From a virus, in the IMG/VR virus record IMGVR_UViG_3300028430_000454: a DNA stretch of 40,254 nucleotides. The stretch is one strand, 5' to 3'. Below are positions 7,851-16,996 of this stretch, in pieces. The position numbers were made by a program, and so were the translations under genes. Under the pieces are notes generated by a model, which worked only from the letters and a program-made list of their open reading frames with translations, was not told where the DNA came from and made no database searches. Numbering within the stretch: the first letter of the stretch is position 1; every line of letters begins with the position of its first letter.

Positions 7851-9473
7851 TTAAAGTATGCCACCAAACTCAAAAAGGTAATCAATCGCAGTGAGTGTCG
7901 TAGATGCAGGGCATGCGCTCAACATAGCCGCTGAACCAGAAAATCCCAACCCTGTGGCGCTCGCCCACTCAGCCTGTGACGCCAATCCTCCACCCCAAAA
8001 CGCAGAGTTCCACACAGCAGCGTTCCACACACTTAACGTAGACGCGGGGAAGGTTAGGCTGCCCGTGGGGGGCGTAGGCTGAAAATTTACAGCCACGTCG
8101 ATGAAAACGCCGGGAGACTCGGATGCAAGAAACCACGGACGAACCATCTTGAACTGCTTGAGGTTCGTAGGATTCTCAAAGTAATTGTACGCGGGCTTGA
8201 TTTCTCCGATTACGGGCGTGCCACCCGATCCCGCGTAAGTAACAGCATCTAAATCATTGGCGAACAACAACAGAAGAGTTCCCGAAGCAGTGCCGCCGAA
8301 TAGGTACCCACCACAGACGCCCATGCTGATAATTGGCACATTGTGGAACAGACACCAGTTATTGACGGTCAGCGACATCACAAACTGCGTGGGAAATGTG
8401 GTGTTCGGGTACGGAGAATTCACCACAAGAATGCGTTCGTACGGAGCAATGGCAAGCTGCCATCCGTTCGCGGTAAAACTCTCGCGAACGGCGGAACCCA
8501 ACGTAGGGGCAATCTTGCTGCTGTACTCTTTATTTTGAACAGTCAACAGCGTGCTGCCGCCTCGAGTCACAAGACTGAGAGGAACGACGCCATCGGTAGA
8601 AAGCAGCAAAAGGTCTCCGCCGTACTGTGTGTATCCTCTGCGACCGACAGGAACCTGCCCCACGTACCAGACACCAACGAGTGCGAAGTTGGCGGCAACA
8701 GACGGGTCTGTGCCCCGGTACACCAACACTTCTCCATTGGAACTGACTGCCACGAAATAATCGTCAATGCCGTCTCCTGCGTCGATAGTCCAATTGGCCG
8801 TGAAGGCCAGATGCCCACCACGCTTGAACAGAGGGCCGAAGTCAAACTCTGTAGCATTGCCAGATATGGCGTCAGCGGGCAGATACCACGCCGAGGTAGA
8901 GTTTCGCTCGACAAACCACGCACGTCGCTTCCACACGCTGACGTGTACGAGATCATTCGGGTTTACGTGGTGAACTTCTCCTGGCCCTGAACCCGCAACC
9001 CTGCGCAACCACGTAGTCCCATCATATGTAAAGTAACCGTCGGCCTCACTACATGCTAGAAGAAACGCACCCGCTGAGTTTGCCAACATCGCACTGTTGA
9101 ACAGGCCAGCATTCACATTTCCGCTCAAAGCCAATGCCGAAGCGGGAGAGTTCGTACGCGAAGTCACCGTGTAAATGGCCGTGTCCGTTGCGGCGAACAT
9201 CGCCCCCGGCATGGTTGTCGGTATTGTGAGAAACGCCCCTGCGGGAAAGTTGGTGTTCGAGGCGAAGTACGCCAAGACGGACTTTACTGGTGCCGCCCCT
9301 GGGAATCCAGTAGCCCATTCTTGGTATCCTTTGCGACTGCGCACACCATAAGTATCAGGGATCCAGTTAGTCAGCACCACAGCATCCGTGGGGGGCATGT
9401 TCGCAATGCCGTCACGTGTGTTGAGACCCCCGTTGGGGGCCGGAACTGTCTTGGTCTGGTAGGTGCGTTTCAC
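7851..9473 (-). CDS. tail tubular protein B-like / nozzle protein
   Basis: 540 aa with an N-terminal motif (APNGGLNTRDGIANMPPTDAVVLTNW..G.RSRKGY) typical of podovirus tail tube/nozzle proteins. It sits after a gp11-like gene. Confidence 0.55.
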   Translation of the reverse strand: MKRTYQTKTVPAPNGGLNTRDGIANMPPTDAVVLTNWIPDTYGVRSRKGYQEWATGFPGAAPVKSVLAYFASNTNFPAGAFLTIPTTMPGAMFAATDTAIYTVTSRTNSPASALALSGNVNAGLFNSAMLANSAGAFLLACSEADGYFTYDGTTWLRRVAGSGPGEVHHVNPNDLVHVSVWKRRAWFVERNSTSAWYLPADAISGNATEFDFGPLFKRGGHLAFTANWTIDAGDGIDDYFVAVSSNGEVLVYRGTDPSVAANFALVGVWYVGQVPVGRRGYTQYGGDLLLLSTDGVVPLSLVTRGGSTLLTVQNKEYSSKIAPTLGSAVRESFTANGWQLAIAPYERILVVNSPYPNTTFPTQFVMSLTVNNWCLFHNVPIISMGVCGGYLFGGTASGTLLLLFANDLDAVTYAGSGGTPVIGEIKPAYNYFENPTNLKQFKMVRPWFLASESPGVFIDVAVNFQPTPPTGSLTFPASTLSVWNAAVWNSAFWGGGLASQAEWASATGLGFSGSAAMLSACPASTTLTAIDYLFEFGGIL

Positions 9474-10195
9474 GAGCCGTAGTTCGTGTCGGGGATGTTG
9501 ATTTGATTCAACAAAATGCCGTCGGCCCCTTGCCGCAGGGACAACGTTCTGCTGGGCGCGTCTTTGTCCTTGGCTGCGGCCAACACTCGCGCCATTTCAA
9601 AATTGGTGCCTGTCGTGTCGAACCCTTTGGCAGTCTGCCACGCCAGCTTCAGTGCAACCTTGAAAAGCTGGGGGTCGTACAAGATTACGTCGTCATCTGC
9701 TTGGAGTGTGTCTCGGTAAACACCCGTAGCAGACCGCACCCACCCGCGACTGTTGTAGGGCAGCACGACAAGCTGAGCGGTGCTGCCCACATCATAAAAC
9801 TCTACAGCCTCGTTCGCTATGATGTACATCATTGCGAATGTAGTCCCCCCAAGGTTGCGAGCCTTGAGTGTCTGCCACTCAACTTCAGTGAGCGAGCCTA
9901 TAGCAGGAAGTCGCTGTGTTCTGTTCCAGGAAGCATCATTGACGAAAGAGTCAAAGTCTTCCGGAAAACTGTACCTCGTGGTGCCTGGAACAGTAGTGAT
10001 GGAAAACTCAGCCATCAGAAACTGCCAAGCGAACATGTCGATAAGCTGCTGACCTACTTCACTCGCAAGTTGCCACAACTGTTGAACAGTTCTGTCTTGA
10101 CTGCTCGCAGCTGAGGTTGTCGCGGGAAGACCCAAAATACGGAGAGTGTCCGCGACTGCAGTCTGTCCCGTAATCTTGCGAGCGAAGTTTGGCAT
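9470..10195 (-). CDS. tail tubular protein A-like / adaptor protein
   Basis: 241 aa, coupled to the downstream 540-aa gene. Position and size fit a T7 gp11-type protein. The family assignment is not verified. Confidence 0.45.
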   Translation of the reverse strand: MPNFARKITGQTAVADTLRILGLPATTSAASSQDRTVQQLWQLASEVGQQLIDMFAWQFLMAEFSITTVPGTTRYSFPEDFDSFVNDASWNRTQRLPAIGSLTEVEWQTLKARNLGGTTFAMMYIIANEAVEFYDVGSTAQLVVLPYNSRGWVRSATGVYRDTLQADDDVILYDPQLFKVALKLAWQTAKGFDTTGTNFEMARVLAAAKDKDAPSRTLSLRQGADGILLNQINIPDTNYGS

Positions 10196-10198
10196 GCG

Positions 10199-10783
10199 TT
10201 ACTTCTTCGGTTTTTCGAGCTGTGCCGTGAGTGCAGCCATCTGCTTCTGCATCTCCGCCATCTGGTTCTGCATCGACGTGATCTGGTTTTGCTTGTCTTC
10301 GAGCTCCTTGTTCATTTTCTCGAGGGGAGCATTGCCTTTGGCCGCTTCGATGAACGCAATGGCTCGATTTTTCAGACCATGCAGGCCGGGCACCCGCCCC
10401 AGCACGGCTTCGCTGGCGCTGGCGAGGTCTTCGATGGTGTTGAAGCCGAGGTATCGGAACTCTTCCACCTGCGAAGCGGTGATGGAGGGCCACACCGACA
10501 GCGGGGTACCGCTCTCCGCCAGCGTCTTTCCTTCACGGAAAAAGCGGTACGCGTCGCGAAACCGCTGCATGTCGTCTTGCCGCACGGGACGCAGCACGAC
10601 ATTGTCTTTCTGCCCACGCACACGGATCTCGACCATTTCCGTGTCGTCGAAAATCGGACGACCTTCTTCCACGCTCTTCTCTTCGTTCTTCATCGGCTGC
10701 GCGAAGAACCGCACGAGCAGAGCCTTGTCGGCTTCGCTGTGCTGTGGGTTGAAGTCTTTGAGGTCGAAGTCTGCCGTTTCCAT
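10199..10783 (-). CDS. structural-module hypothetical protein with C-terminal coiled coil
   Basis: 194 aa, with AAGGAGAAAA upstream of the ATG at 10783. It is the first gene after the capsid-operon terminator hairpins. The C-terminus is Gln/Met/Lys coiled coil. Confidence 0.5.
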   Translation of the reverse strand: METADFDLKDFNPQHSEADKALLVRFFAQPMKNEEKSVEEGRPIFDDTEMVEIRVRGQKDNVVLRPVRQDDMQRFRDAYRFFREGKTLAESGTPLSVWPSITASQVEEFRYLGFNTIEDLASASEAVLGRVPGLHGLKNRAIAFIEAAKGNAPLEKMNKELEDKQNQITSMQNQMAEMQKQMAALTAQLEKPKK

Positions 10784-10803
10784 TTCGTATTTTCTCCTTT
10801 AAG

Positions 10804-10857
10804 AAAACTGCCAGTCGGGCAGTTTTCGTAAAGGAGGGGGCCGCGAAACCCCCTCCT
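10804..10857 (-). terminator. tandem rho-independent-type hairpins after the capsid genes
   Basis: Hairpin 1: AAAACTGCC (10804-10812) pairs with GGCAGTTTT (10818-10826), followed on the minus strand by TTCTT. Hairpin 2: AGGAGGGGG (10832-10840) pairs with CCCCCTCCT (10849-10857). Both lie just downstream of the stop at 10875. Confidence 0.65.
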
Positions 10858-10874
10858 GCCGTCAGATCACGTGA

Positions 10875-11618
10875 TCAGGTGATGGCACCCTGTGCGATCG
10901 GATCGCTCAGTGCCGCCACGTTGTAGAAGATGGTGCCGTTGTTCGCCGTCTGCGTCACGTTGCCCGAGATGGCGGCGCTGTTGACCACAGACACTTGCAG
11001 CGAGAACGGGAACACTTTCTGGATCACTGCGGAGGCACCGACACCCGTGCCCGAAAGGAAGCCGCCGGGGAAGTATCCGGCGGTACCGTTCGGAATCTGG
11101 ATGACGTTGTCTCCGGATACGCCCGTGCCCGCTTTGACGACGGTCTGGGCACCTGCCGTGACAATGCGCCCGCCGAGGACCTGCTTGCCCGCCGAGTTGG
11201 CACCGCCCTGACCCGCCGCCGCGATGCCGAACGTGGTGTCGGCAGCAACGGAGGCTTGGCAGTTGACCGGGGTGACGCCCCGACGCATGAACCAGCCGTA
11301 CTGGCCGGTGGTCAGCGCCGTGTCACCCTGATACACGTACAGCGAACGGCCGAGGTTGGCGGTATTCGGCACCTCGGTCATGTTCTGGGTGAACGTGAAG
11401 CCGGTGCCGTCGTACACCGGGGTCAGCACGCACAGTCCGAACAGACGAATCGCGCCGCCCGCACGGGCGAAAATGAAGTCGCCCGGCCCCCAGACGGGGT
11501 CCGTGGCTCGCGCCATCAGTCCCGGCAGGAAGGGCAGGTCTTTCAAGTTGGTGGGAGCAGCGGTAACGTCGGAGATGTTGCCGATGCTGATGACAGTTTC
11601 GAGGGAGCCGTAGGACAT
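10875..11618 (-). CDS. capsid-associated protein (decoration/head-fibre candidate)
   Basis: 247 aa, immediately downstream of the major capsid gene and upstream of the terminator. It is Gly/Thr/Val-rich and looks beta-rich. The functional call is positional only. Confidence 0.45.
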   Translation of the reverse strand: MSYGSLETVISIGNISDVTAAPTNLKDLPFLPGLMARATDPVWGPGDFIFARAGGAIRLFGLCVLTPVYDGTGFTFTQNMTEVPNTANLGRSLYVYQGDTALTTGQYGWFMRRGVTPVNCQASVAADTTFGIAAAGQGGANSAGKQVLGGRIVTAGAQTVVKAGTGVSGDNVIQIPNGTAGYFPGGFLSGTGVGASAVIQKVFPFSLQVSVVNSAAISGNVTQTANNGTIFYNVAALSDPIAQGAIT

Positions 11619-11633
11619 GCTTCTTCTCCTGGA

Positions 11634-12605
11634 TCAGGCGGTGGCGGACAGACGGCCCTGGAATTGGGCACCGCTGCTCGTCATGTTGCCTGCGAACGCG
11701 AGGATCTGCACTTCCGCGTCCTGGTTGATGGAGTACCGCTTGTTCGGCGACAGCGGAACCATGTTCCGCTTGCTGTGCGGACGGAAGTGAACATACTTCG
11801 TGTTGAGGAAGTAACAGGTGCGGGCACCGGCAAACCCGCCGATACCACCGTCCAGCACCACGTCGGCGTCCATGAACTGCACGACCTTGAACCCGAGGTT
11901 GGCCTTGGACGGCTCCGTGAAGCGCTGCTGGGGCTGAAGGCTCCCCATGTACTGCGTCCACCAGAGGCTGTCCATGACGATCAGGTCCGGACGATCCATG
12001 CCGCGCAGGGTGCTCGCCCACATGGCATTCATGGCGGGCTGCACCGTGGTGGTGGTGACCGACGCGATGTTGGACCGCTGGCTGCGCCAGAACGGCCACG
12101 CCGCACGATCGATGCCGCCGTAGGTGCCGGTGGTGGGCGTGACCGGAACTGCGAGGTCGAGGCCGATCAGTTGCTTGCCTCCCGCACCCGTGCCATCGCT
12201 GTAGATGGATTGCGCGATGAGGTTCGCCATCGACGATTCGGCGACCTTCATGCGGCTTTCCATCAGGTCGATCATCTGCTCGGGGCCGCTGTTGCGCAGT
12301 TGATCCAGGCCGGAGATGATGACGGGCACCGCTGCCTGCCGGATGTCGAACGCAGCCGCCGAGATGACGTCCTGCGCAGCCACCGGAAGCATGTCGTAAC
12401 CCGAATACCAGCCTGCATTCGAGTTTTCGGCGAACGAGAGTTCTTCGAAAATTTGCGTACCCCCCGAGAACTCACGGATGCCGCCGCGACCTTTGAGGTA
12501 GGTCAGCAGCCCGTTGTTCTTGGTGACGTTGTCTTGGATCTTTTTCGATCGTTTTTCGATCGTGGTCGCGATGATGTCGCTGACCGATGCGTTTGCGAAT
12601 GCCAT
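11634..12605 (-). CDS. major capsid protein
   Basis: 323 aa, directly after the scaffold gene. The N-terminal pattern (ATTIEKRSKKIQDNVTKNNGLLTYLKGRGGI..FSGG..I.E.LSF..N....WYSGYD) resembles podovirus HK97-fold capsid proteins. Confidence 0.8.
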   Translation of the reverse strand: MAFANASVSDIIATTIEKRSKKIQDNVTKNNGLLTYLKGRGGIREFSGGTQIFEELSFAENSNAGWYSGYDMLPVAAQDVISAAAFDIRQAAVPVIISGLDQLRNSGPEQMIDLMESRMKVAESSMANLIAQSIYSDGTGAGGKQLIGLDLAVPVTPTTGTYGGIDRAAWPFWRSQRSNIASVTTTTVQPAMNAMWASTLRGMDRPDLIVMDSLWWTQYMGSLQPQQRFTEPSKANLGFKVVQFMDADVVLDGGIGGFAGARTCYFLNTKYVHFRPHSKRNMVPLSPNKRYSINQDAEVQILAFAGNMTSSGAQFQGRLSATA

Positions 12606-12631
12606 GTAGGCCTCCGGGTAGTTTCAGAAGG

Positions 12632-13786
12632 TTAGCTGCGTGACGCCATCTTGCGAATGGATGACCGAAGGTCTGATCGCAAATCGCCCGACTGTTCGTC
12701 GTCTTCATCATCGCCGACCGGTGCCCCCGAATTGGCAGAGCTGACCGATGCGGCCTTTTTCGCCCGGATGGCCGCTTCGGAAAGCGGTTCCTGTACTGGC
12801 TTGCGAGTCTCCAAGACTTTGGAGATCTCAGGATGCAGCATAGTAGCACGCCGGTACGCTTCTTGCAAGCTCATTTGCTGTCCACGTTTGGCGGCAAGGT
12901 CCAGGATGTCGGCCATGTCGTCTTTGACATCCCACGCGAATTCATTTGCGGGATCGTTCAAGAACTGTTCACTGGCAGTGGTCAGTTCTTGCACCTTGGC
13001 TTGTTCGCCCTGTTGCATGCGCTCTTGCAGCGACTGGACGAATTGCATGGTGGGGGCGAACCTCTGTTCGATCGCGCTGAGTATGGCCGGATCGAAGTTG
13101 GACTGTCGCCCCTGCGCGTTCTGCGGGTAGACCGTCCCGTCCATTTGCCCCGAGGCCAGAACGTCGTCCAGGGCATTGATGTCAACCCCGTAAGTCTTGA
13201 TGATGTTGGCGACGACGTTCGCTTTTTGCTGAGTATTCCCCCGGCGCAGCCACCCCGCCGTATTCAGCAAACTCTCCACGGCTTTCATCGGTGTGGAGTT
13301 TTCTGCTTGAATGTCGTGCATGTACGGCTGCACGGTGCGGGTAAATTCTCCGTGGAAATTACGCGCCTCGGCGGTTTGCGCCAGCGTCTGCGTGATCTCT
13401 CGCTCCCGCCGCATGACTTCTTGCTGCACCAACAGAGGAACTTTGGCCCACTCTTCTCGCGCTGCGGGCGTCCACGACACCGGAGGCCTTGCCCCCTGCG
13501 GCTGCTCAGCGGGTTGCGCCTGCTCTACCGGTTTTTCGACTGCAGGCTGTTCCGCGACTTGTTTCGGCTCCGCAACCGGAGAAACCCTGTCTTCAGGATT
13601 TGCGGGAGTTCTGGGGGCAAACCGTCCTTGGTCGTCACGCGCTCGAGCGTCGGACTGCTCCTGAGAAAAGCTGGTATCTTCGTTAACGGCACTTGTGCTC
13701 TCCGGTTCAGGCGCAGCAGTTTCGACCTCCTGCATTGCTGCACGCAGGTCATCGGCCATGCTGCTTTCTTCATCCAACGGGGGCAT
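12632..13786 (-). CDS. scaffolding protein
   Basis: 384 aa, acidic, Gln/Glu/Ala-rich and predicted helical. AGGAG lies 7 nt upstream of the ATG at 13786. It sits immediately upstream of the capsid gene. Confidence 0.7.
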   Translation of the reverse strand: MPPLDEESSMADDLRAAMQEVETAAPEPESTSAVNEDTSFSQEQSDARARDDQGRFAPRTPANPEDRVSPVAEPKQVAEQPAVEKPVEQAQPAEQPQGARPPVSWTPAAREEWAKVPLLVQQEVMRREREITQTLAQTAEARNFHGEFTRTVQPYMHDIQAENSTPMKAVESLLNTAGWLRRGNTQQKANVVANIIKTYGVDINALDDVLASGQMDGTVYPQNAQGRQSNFDPAILSAIEQRFAPTMQFVQSLQERMQQGEQAKVQELTTASEQFLNDPANEFAWDVKDDMADILDLAAKRGQQMSLQEAYRRATMLHPEISKVLETRKPVQEPLSEAAIRAKKAASVSSANSGAPVGDDEDDEQSGDLRSDLRSSIRKMASRS

Positions 13787-13795
13787 TTTCTTCTC

Positions 13796-14188
13796 CTATC
13801 GCTGTCTGGCGTAAAATTCTCGCGCAATAGTTTCGCGCAATTGACGGTCTTGGTGCTCTGCTTTTCTGAACTTAATTCTTTCGTTCTCTGCTTGTTTCCA
13901 GGTTTCCCTGTAGTCGTCAGTGGTAGTCAGCCCGTGGCGCTTCATGTACTCTCGGTGTTTTGACCTGGAGTCGATGGGAGTGCCGTCGGTCGCCTTGAGT
14001 CCATCATAGTGTCGGTCTCCGAACTGTGCGCTGTGCATGGCGTGCCCCATAGGGCCGGAGAAGTATCGCTCCATCCCATTGCCGCAACACTCGGGAATAG
14101 AGGGGTTCGCCCCATACTCTCGCATCGATTGAATAACTTCTTCCATGCCGCCGCACTTGCTGCATCGATAATCATAGGTAGGCATCAA
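13796..14188 (-). CDS. FmdB-type zinc-ribbon protein
   Basis: 130 aa. The N-terminus MMPTYDYRCSKCG...IPECCGNG is the FmdB/Zn-ribbon_8 signature (CxxC plus a second Cys pair). Confidence 0.6.
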   Translation of the reverse strand: MMPTYDYRCSKCGGMEEVIQSMREYGANPSIPECCGNGMERYFSGPMGHAMHSAQFGDRHYDGLKATDGTPIDSRSKHREYMKRHGLTTTDDYRETWKQAENERIKFRKAEHQDRQLRETIAREFYARQR

Positions 14189-14529
14189 AAGAAAAGCAGG
14201 AGTTCATCGCTCTCCCGCAGTCTCCTAGTTGATTTAACGGGAAGAGTGACCGGCGCGGCCACCACGGGCTTTACGACTTCAAGTTTGGGCTGACCAACCG
14301 TGCGAAAATGTTCAGCAGGTACGAAAGTTTGTTTTTCTGACTTTTCACGAAATATGGGAGCCTCAATCCCAAAAATCGCGGGCTTTGGTTCTTTTTTCTT
14401 CTTTGGTTCTTCCTGCCTGTACCACCACCAACCGCCCGAAGACCTGCTTTCAACTACAGGCTCTGGGAAGGCAAACGCGGCAACACTGAACGCCGCTGTT
14501 GAAAACCCCGATGGAGAAAATGCACTCAC
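14185..14529 (-). CDS. hypothetical protein
   Basis: 114-aa track ORF with coupled start and stop overlaps on both neighbours. It has FS/AF repeats at the N-terminus, a Lys-rich centre and a DELLLFF C-terminus. Confidence 0.45.
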   Translation of the reverse strand: MSAFSPSGFSTAAFSVAAFAFPEPVVESRSSGGWWWYRQEEPKKKKEPKPAIFGIEAPIFREKSEKQTFVPAEHFRTVGQPKLEVVKPVVAAPVTLPVKSTRRLRESDELLLFF

Positions 14530-14885
14530 GGAGTGCCGCGCCAGAGGTTGCCGGAAGAGCCATCACCGTAAACGGTTGCACTGTTCATCTGCACGACATT
14601 CACACCAGCAACGGCCTCGACAACCTGCTCACGGAGGTCGATGGGGTCAGCCCCGGCTGCGGTTGCCCGCAGCACGAAGTCGCCCAGCGTGTCGGTGTGC
14701 GCTGGAGTCAGGGAGAGACTGTACCAGCCGTTCCCGCGCTCGGTCACAGTCGGGGTAATTGCCCCGAACGCCGCGCCGTTCTTCGACAAAGAGATGGTCA
14801 GAGTCGCGCCCGTCAGCCCAGTGACGTGGTCGGCCGAGTCCGTGAGGAAGACCATCAGATTTCGCGTGGTCGATTGCTTGAGCAT
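14526..14885 (-). CDS. hypothetical virion-module protein
   Basis: 119-aa track ORF, coupled to its neighbours and looking beta-rich. No domain recognised. Confidence 0.5.
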   Translation of the reverse strand: MLKQSTTRNLMVFLTDSADHVTGLTGATLTISLSKNGAAFGAITPTVTERGNGWYSLSLTPAHTDTLGDFVLRATAAGADPIDLREQVVEAVAGVNVVQMNSATVYGDGSSGNLWRGTP

Positions 14886-14888
14886 GTT

Positions 14889-16298
14889 CTATCCCTTGTT
14901 CACCACGCGAGACTTGCTGTATCCGCCGCCGCCACCGCCGCCTGCGTAGGTGCCGGTGAACTCCGTGCCGCCTGCGCCGTACTGGATGCCGAGCTTGACG
15001 TCGGCCTCGATGGGCTGCTCAAGCGTGCCGGTGAAATCGTTGCCGTTCGGGCCGTACAGCACGCCCTGATCGACGTCGCCGACCGGGGGGAATGTGCCGC
15101 TTCCAGCAGGCGGCGGGTAGTGCAGGATCACCGCCTCGATGTCGAAGTTGATGAAGGTCGAGGTGTTGCCGACGGCCTGAGTGCCGCCTGACGCGACATC
15201 TCGCCCTGCAACAAGGCCGAGGCCAGTACCGGGCTTGATGATGATTCCCTCACCGGCCCTTGCAGAGAACATCAGGTCATCGTCTATCGTGCCGGTACGC
15301 ATGCCGGATGTCTCGCCGATGGCGCGGAAGTCCTGCGCGCGGGTGCTGCGGCTAAAGGTGCCTGCGTCTATCTGCGCCTTGTTCCACGTCTGCACTGGGG
15401 AAAAGGCGGCACCGTGCGTCTCGTAGTAGTCGGCTTGCCACTCGCCCGCGATGACAGGCTGGAACGAACCGCCGACGATTTGCAGTGCAGAAGGAACGCT
15501 CTTGCTGGTGTCGGGCCGAATCGGCGTCACCGCGTCGCCACCGAGCGCGAGACCGGAGATGCGGCAGAGGCGAAGCGGGGGAGTCACCACCGCCTCGCCG
15601 TCCATCGGCAGCACCCACAACCGCACCGCGAGAACCACGCCGGAGCCGCTGCCGTTGAAGATGGCGAACGTCGCCTCTCCGAGCCTGCGGTCAGTCGATA
15701 GGTCGGTAGAACGGCAGATGTAGGTCGCGCCGGTCGCGGTGTTCGTCACTACAGCCGCCGTCTGCATTGAATGCTGCGTGCCGTACTGGTCTTGAAACAG
15801 CCCGACGCCTTGGCCTTCGCGCAAAATGATCGGCTCGACATTCACGTTTTCGCCGCCACGGAAGATGTCGGCGAAGTGCGACTTCTGGTGACTCATCATC
15901 GAGCCGCCGTAGGTGCGGGCCGAAAACTGCGAGTTTCCGACCGTCAGCGAGTAGGCGGGCGCGTCGGCGATGCGACGAAAGATGTCCGTTACGGTCGTAG
16001 TGTCCGGGTCGATGCGAACCAGCACTTGCGCGGGCAGTGCAGTATCCGCCGTGTCCATGCGGATCGGCGTCACTGAGTCGCCGCCAGACAGCGACGTGAT
16101 GCGCGCAATCGACATCATCCCGGGGCGGCCGACGCCTACCGTGTTGTTCGACAGCGGCGCTGTCGGCGAGACGCGCAGCGACACCAGCTCGAAATAGCGT
16201 CGGTCGTCCGCAGTCTCGTTGTTGAAGATGGCAAACAGCCCATCCTCCAGCGGGCGGACATCCACGGCATCCAGCTTGATGTAGAGCGTCTCAGTCAT
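14889..16298 (-). CDS. two-repeat-domain protein with Gly-rich C-terminus (putative virion protein)
   Basis: 469 aa. It contains two copies of a ~150-200-aa domain (IFN..., R-I-(T/S)..GGD(S/A)VTPIR.DT, ...EG.G...). The same domain occurs once in the 173-aa product of 16472..16993. The C-terminus carries YG..G..FTGT repeats and GGGGGGGYSKSRVVNKG. Confidence 0.6.
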   Translation of the reverse strand: MTETLYIKLDAVDVRPLEDGLFAIFNNETADDRRYFELVSLRVSPTAPLSNNTVGVGRPGMMSIARITSLSGGDSVTPIRMDTADTALPAQVLVRIDPDTTTVTDIFRRIADAPAYSLTVGNSQFSARTYGGSMMSHQKSHFADIFRGGENVNVEPIILREGQGVGLFQDQYGTQHSMQTAAVVTNTATGATYICRSTDLSTDRRLGEATFAIFNGSGSGVVLAVRLWVLPMDGEAVVTPPLRLCRISGLALGGDAVTPIRPDTSKSVPSALQIVGGSFQPVIAGEWQADYYETHGAAFSPVQTWNKAQIDAGTFSRSTRAQDFRAIGETSGMRTGTIDDDLMFSARAGEGIIIKPGTGLGLVAGRDVASGGTQAVGNTSTFINFDIEAVILHYPPPAGSGTFPPVGDVDQGVLYGPNGNDFTGTLEQPIEADVKLGIQYGAGGTEFTGTYAGGGGGGGYSKSRVVNKG

Positions 16299-16470
16299 CG
16301 GGGATCACCTCTGCGAACGCCGAGTATCGATCCTGCACGCCGCAGCCGGGGCAGCGGATAGGCGGCGCAACGCCGCCCGTGCCGCCGTTGACATCTTGGC
16401 GAACCCGGTCGGCCAGCGCCTGTGCGGCTTCAAACTCATGCCCGCACAGCCCGTGCTTGAGCGTCGGCAT
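16291..16470 (-). CDS. small zinc-ribbon-like protein (59 aa, below ORF-track cutoff)
   Basis: Hand translation: MPTLKHGLCGHEFEAAQALADRVRQDVNGGTGGVAPPIRCPGCGVQDRYSAFAEVIPDD*. The ATG at 16470 sits 1 nt after the upstream stop (16472-16474). The stop overlaps the next ATG (ATGACTGA at 16298-16291). It has a C-x-H ... CxxC arrangement. Confidence 0.5.
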   Translation of the reverse strand: MPTLKHGLCGHEFEAAQALADRVRQDVNGGTGGVAPPIRCPGCGVQDRYSAFAEVIPDD

Positions 16471-16471
16471 G

Positions 16472-16993
16472 TTAGGTCGCTGAGTCGGTGAACTCGATTT
16501 CCAGATCAGCCGTGCCGACAGCCGACGTGCCGGAGTGGAACAACTGCACGCCCTCGGCCGCTCGGCAGGTCACAGGCTCGACGTTCGTGTCGCCGTATCC
16601 CGCGTTCCAGATTTCGGCGAACGGCACCAGCGTGAGCCAGTTGGCTTGCGTCGTACCGGCGACCACAGGCTCTTCGTTCACGAACAGGAACCGGCGGAAG
16701 ATGTCCGATCCCGTCACGGTGCGGTTCGTGCCGCAGGTCGTGTTCGCGTCCAGTGCGCCGCTGCTCGTGTCATGCTTGACCGGCGTAACAGCCGTGCCTG
16801 CTGACGCCGCCGTGATGCGGCGCACCTGTCCGGTCGTGATGACGCCCGTGACCGCCGCCGTGCCGTTGTTGAACCAGTACATGCGATAAGCGCGGATGAC
16901 CCGCGCCGTGCCGGTGGCGTTGAATACATCCAGCATGTCCTTGCCAGACCCGTACGCAATTGCACCGCCCGTTGCCCGCCATGTCGCAGCCAT
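16472..16993 (-). CDS. single-repeat-domain protein, paralogous to domains of the 469-aa protein
   Basis: 173 aa. It shares VFNATG.., RRITAASAGTAVTPVKHDTS, DIFRRF and NVEPVTCRAAEGVQLF with both halves of 14889..16298. Confidence 0.6.
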   Translation of the reverse strand: MAATWRATGGAIAYGSGKDMLDVFNATGTARVIRAYRMYWFNNGTAAVTGVITTGQVRRITAASAGTAVTPVKHDTSSGALDANTTCGTNRTVTGSDIFRRFLFVNEEPVVAGTTQANWLTLVPFAEIWNAGYGDTNVEPVTCRAAEGVQLFHSGTSAVGTADLEIEFTDSAT

Positions 16994-16996
16994 GTC

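Noticed and set aside
10995-12635. 546-aa plus-strand ORF
   Set aside because: It is antisense to the major capsid and decoration genes. It is Arg/Gly/Val/His-rich and low in complexity, with no SD and no coupling to neighbours.
12833-13963. 376-aa plus-strand ORF
   Set aside because: It is antisense to the scaffold gene. The peptide is Leu/Arg/Phe-rich with no features.
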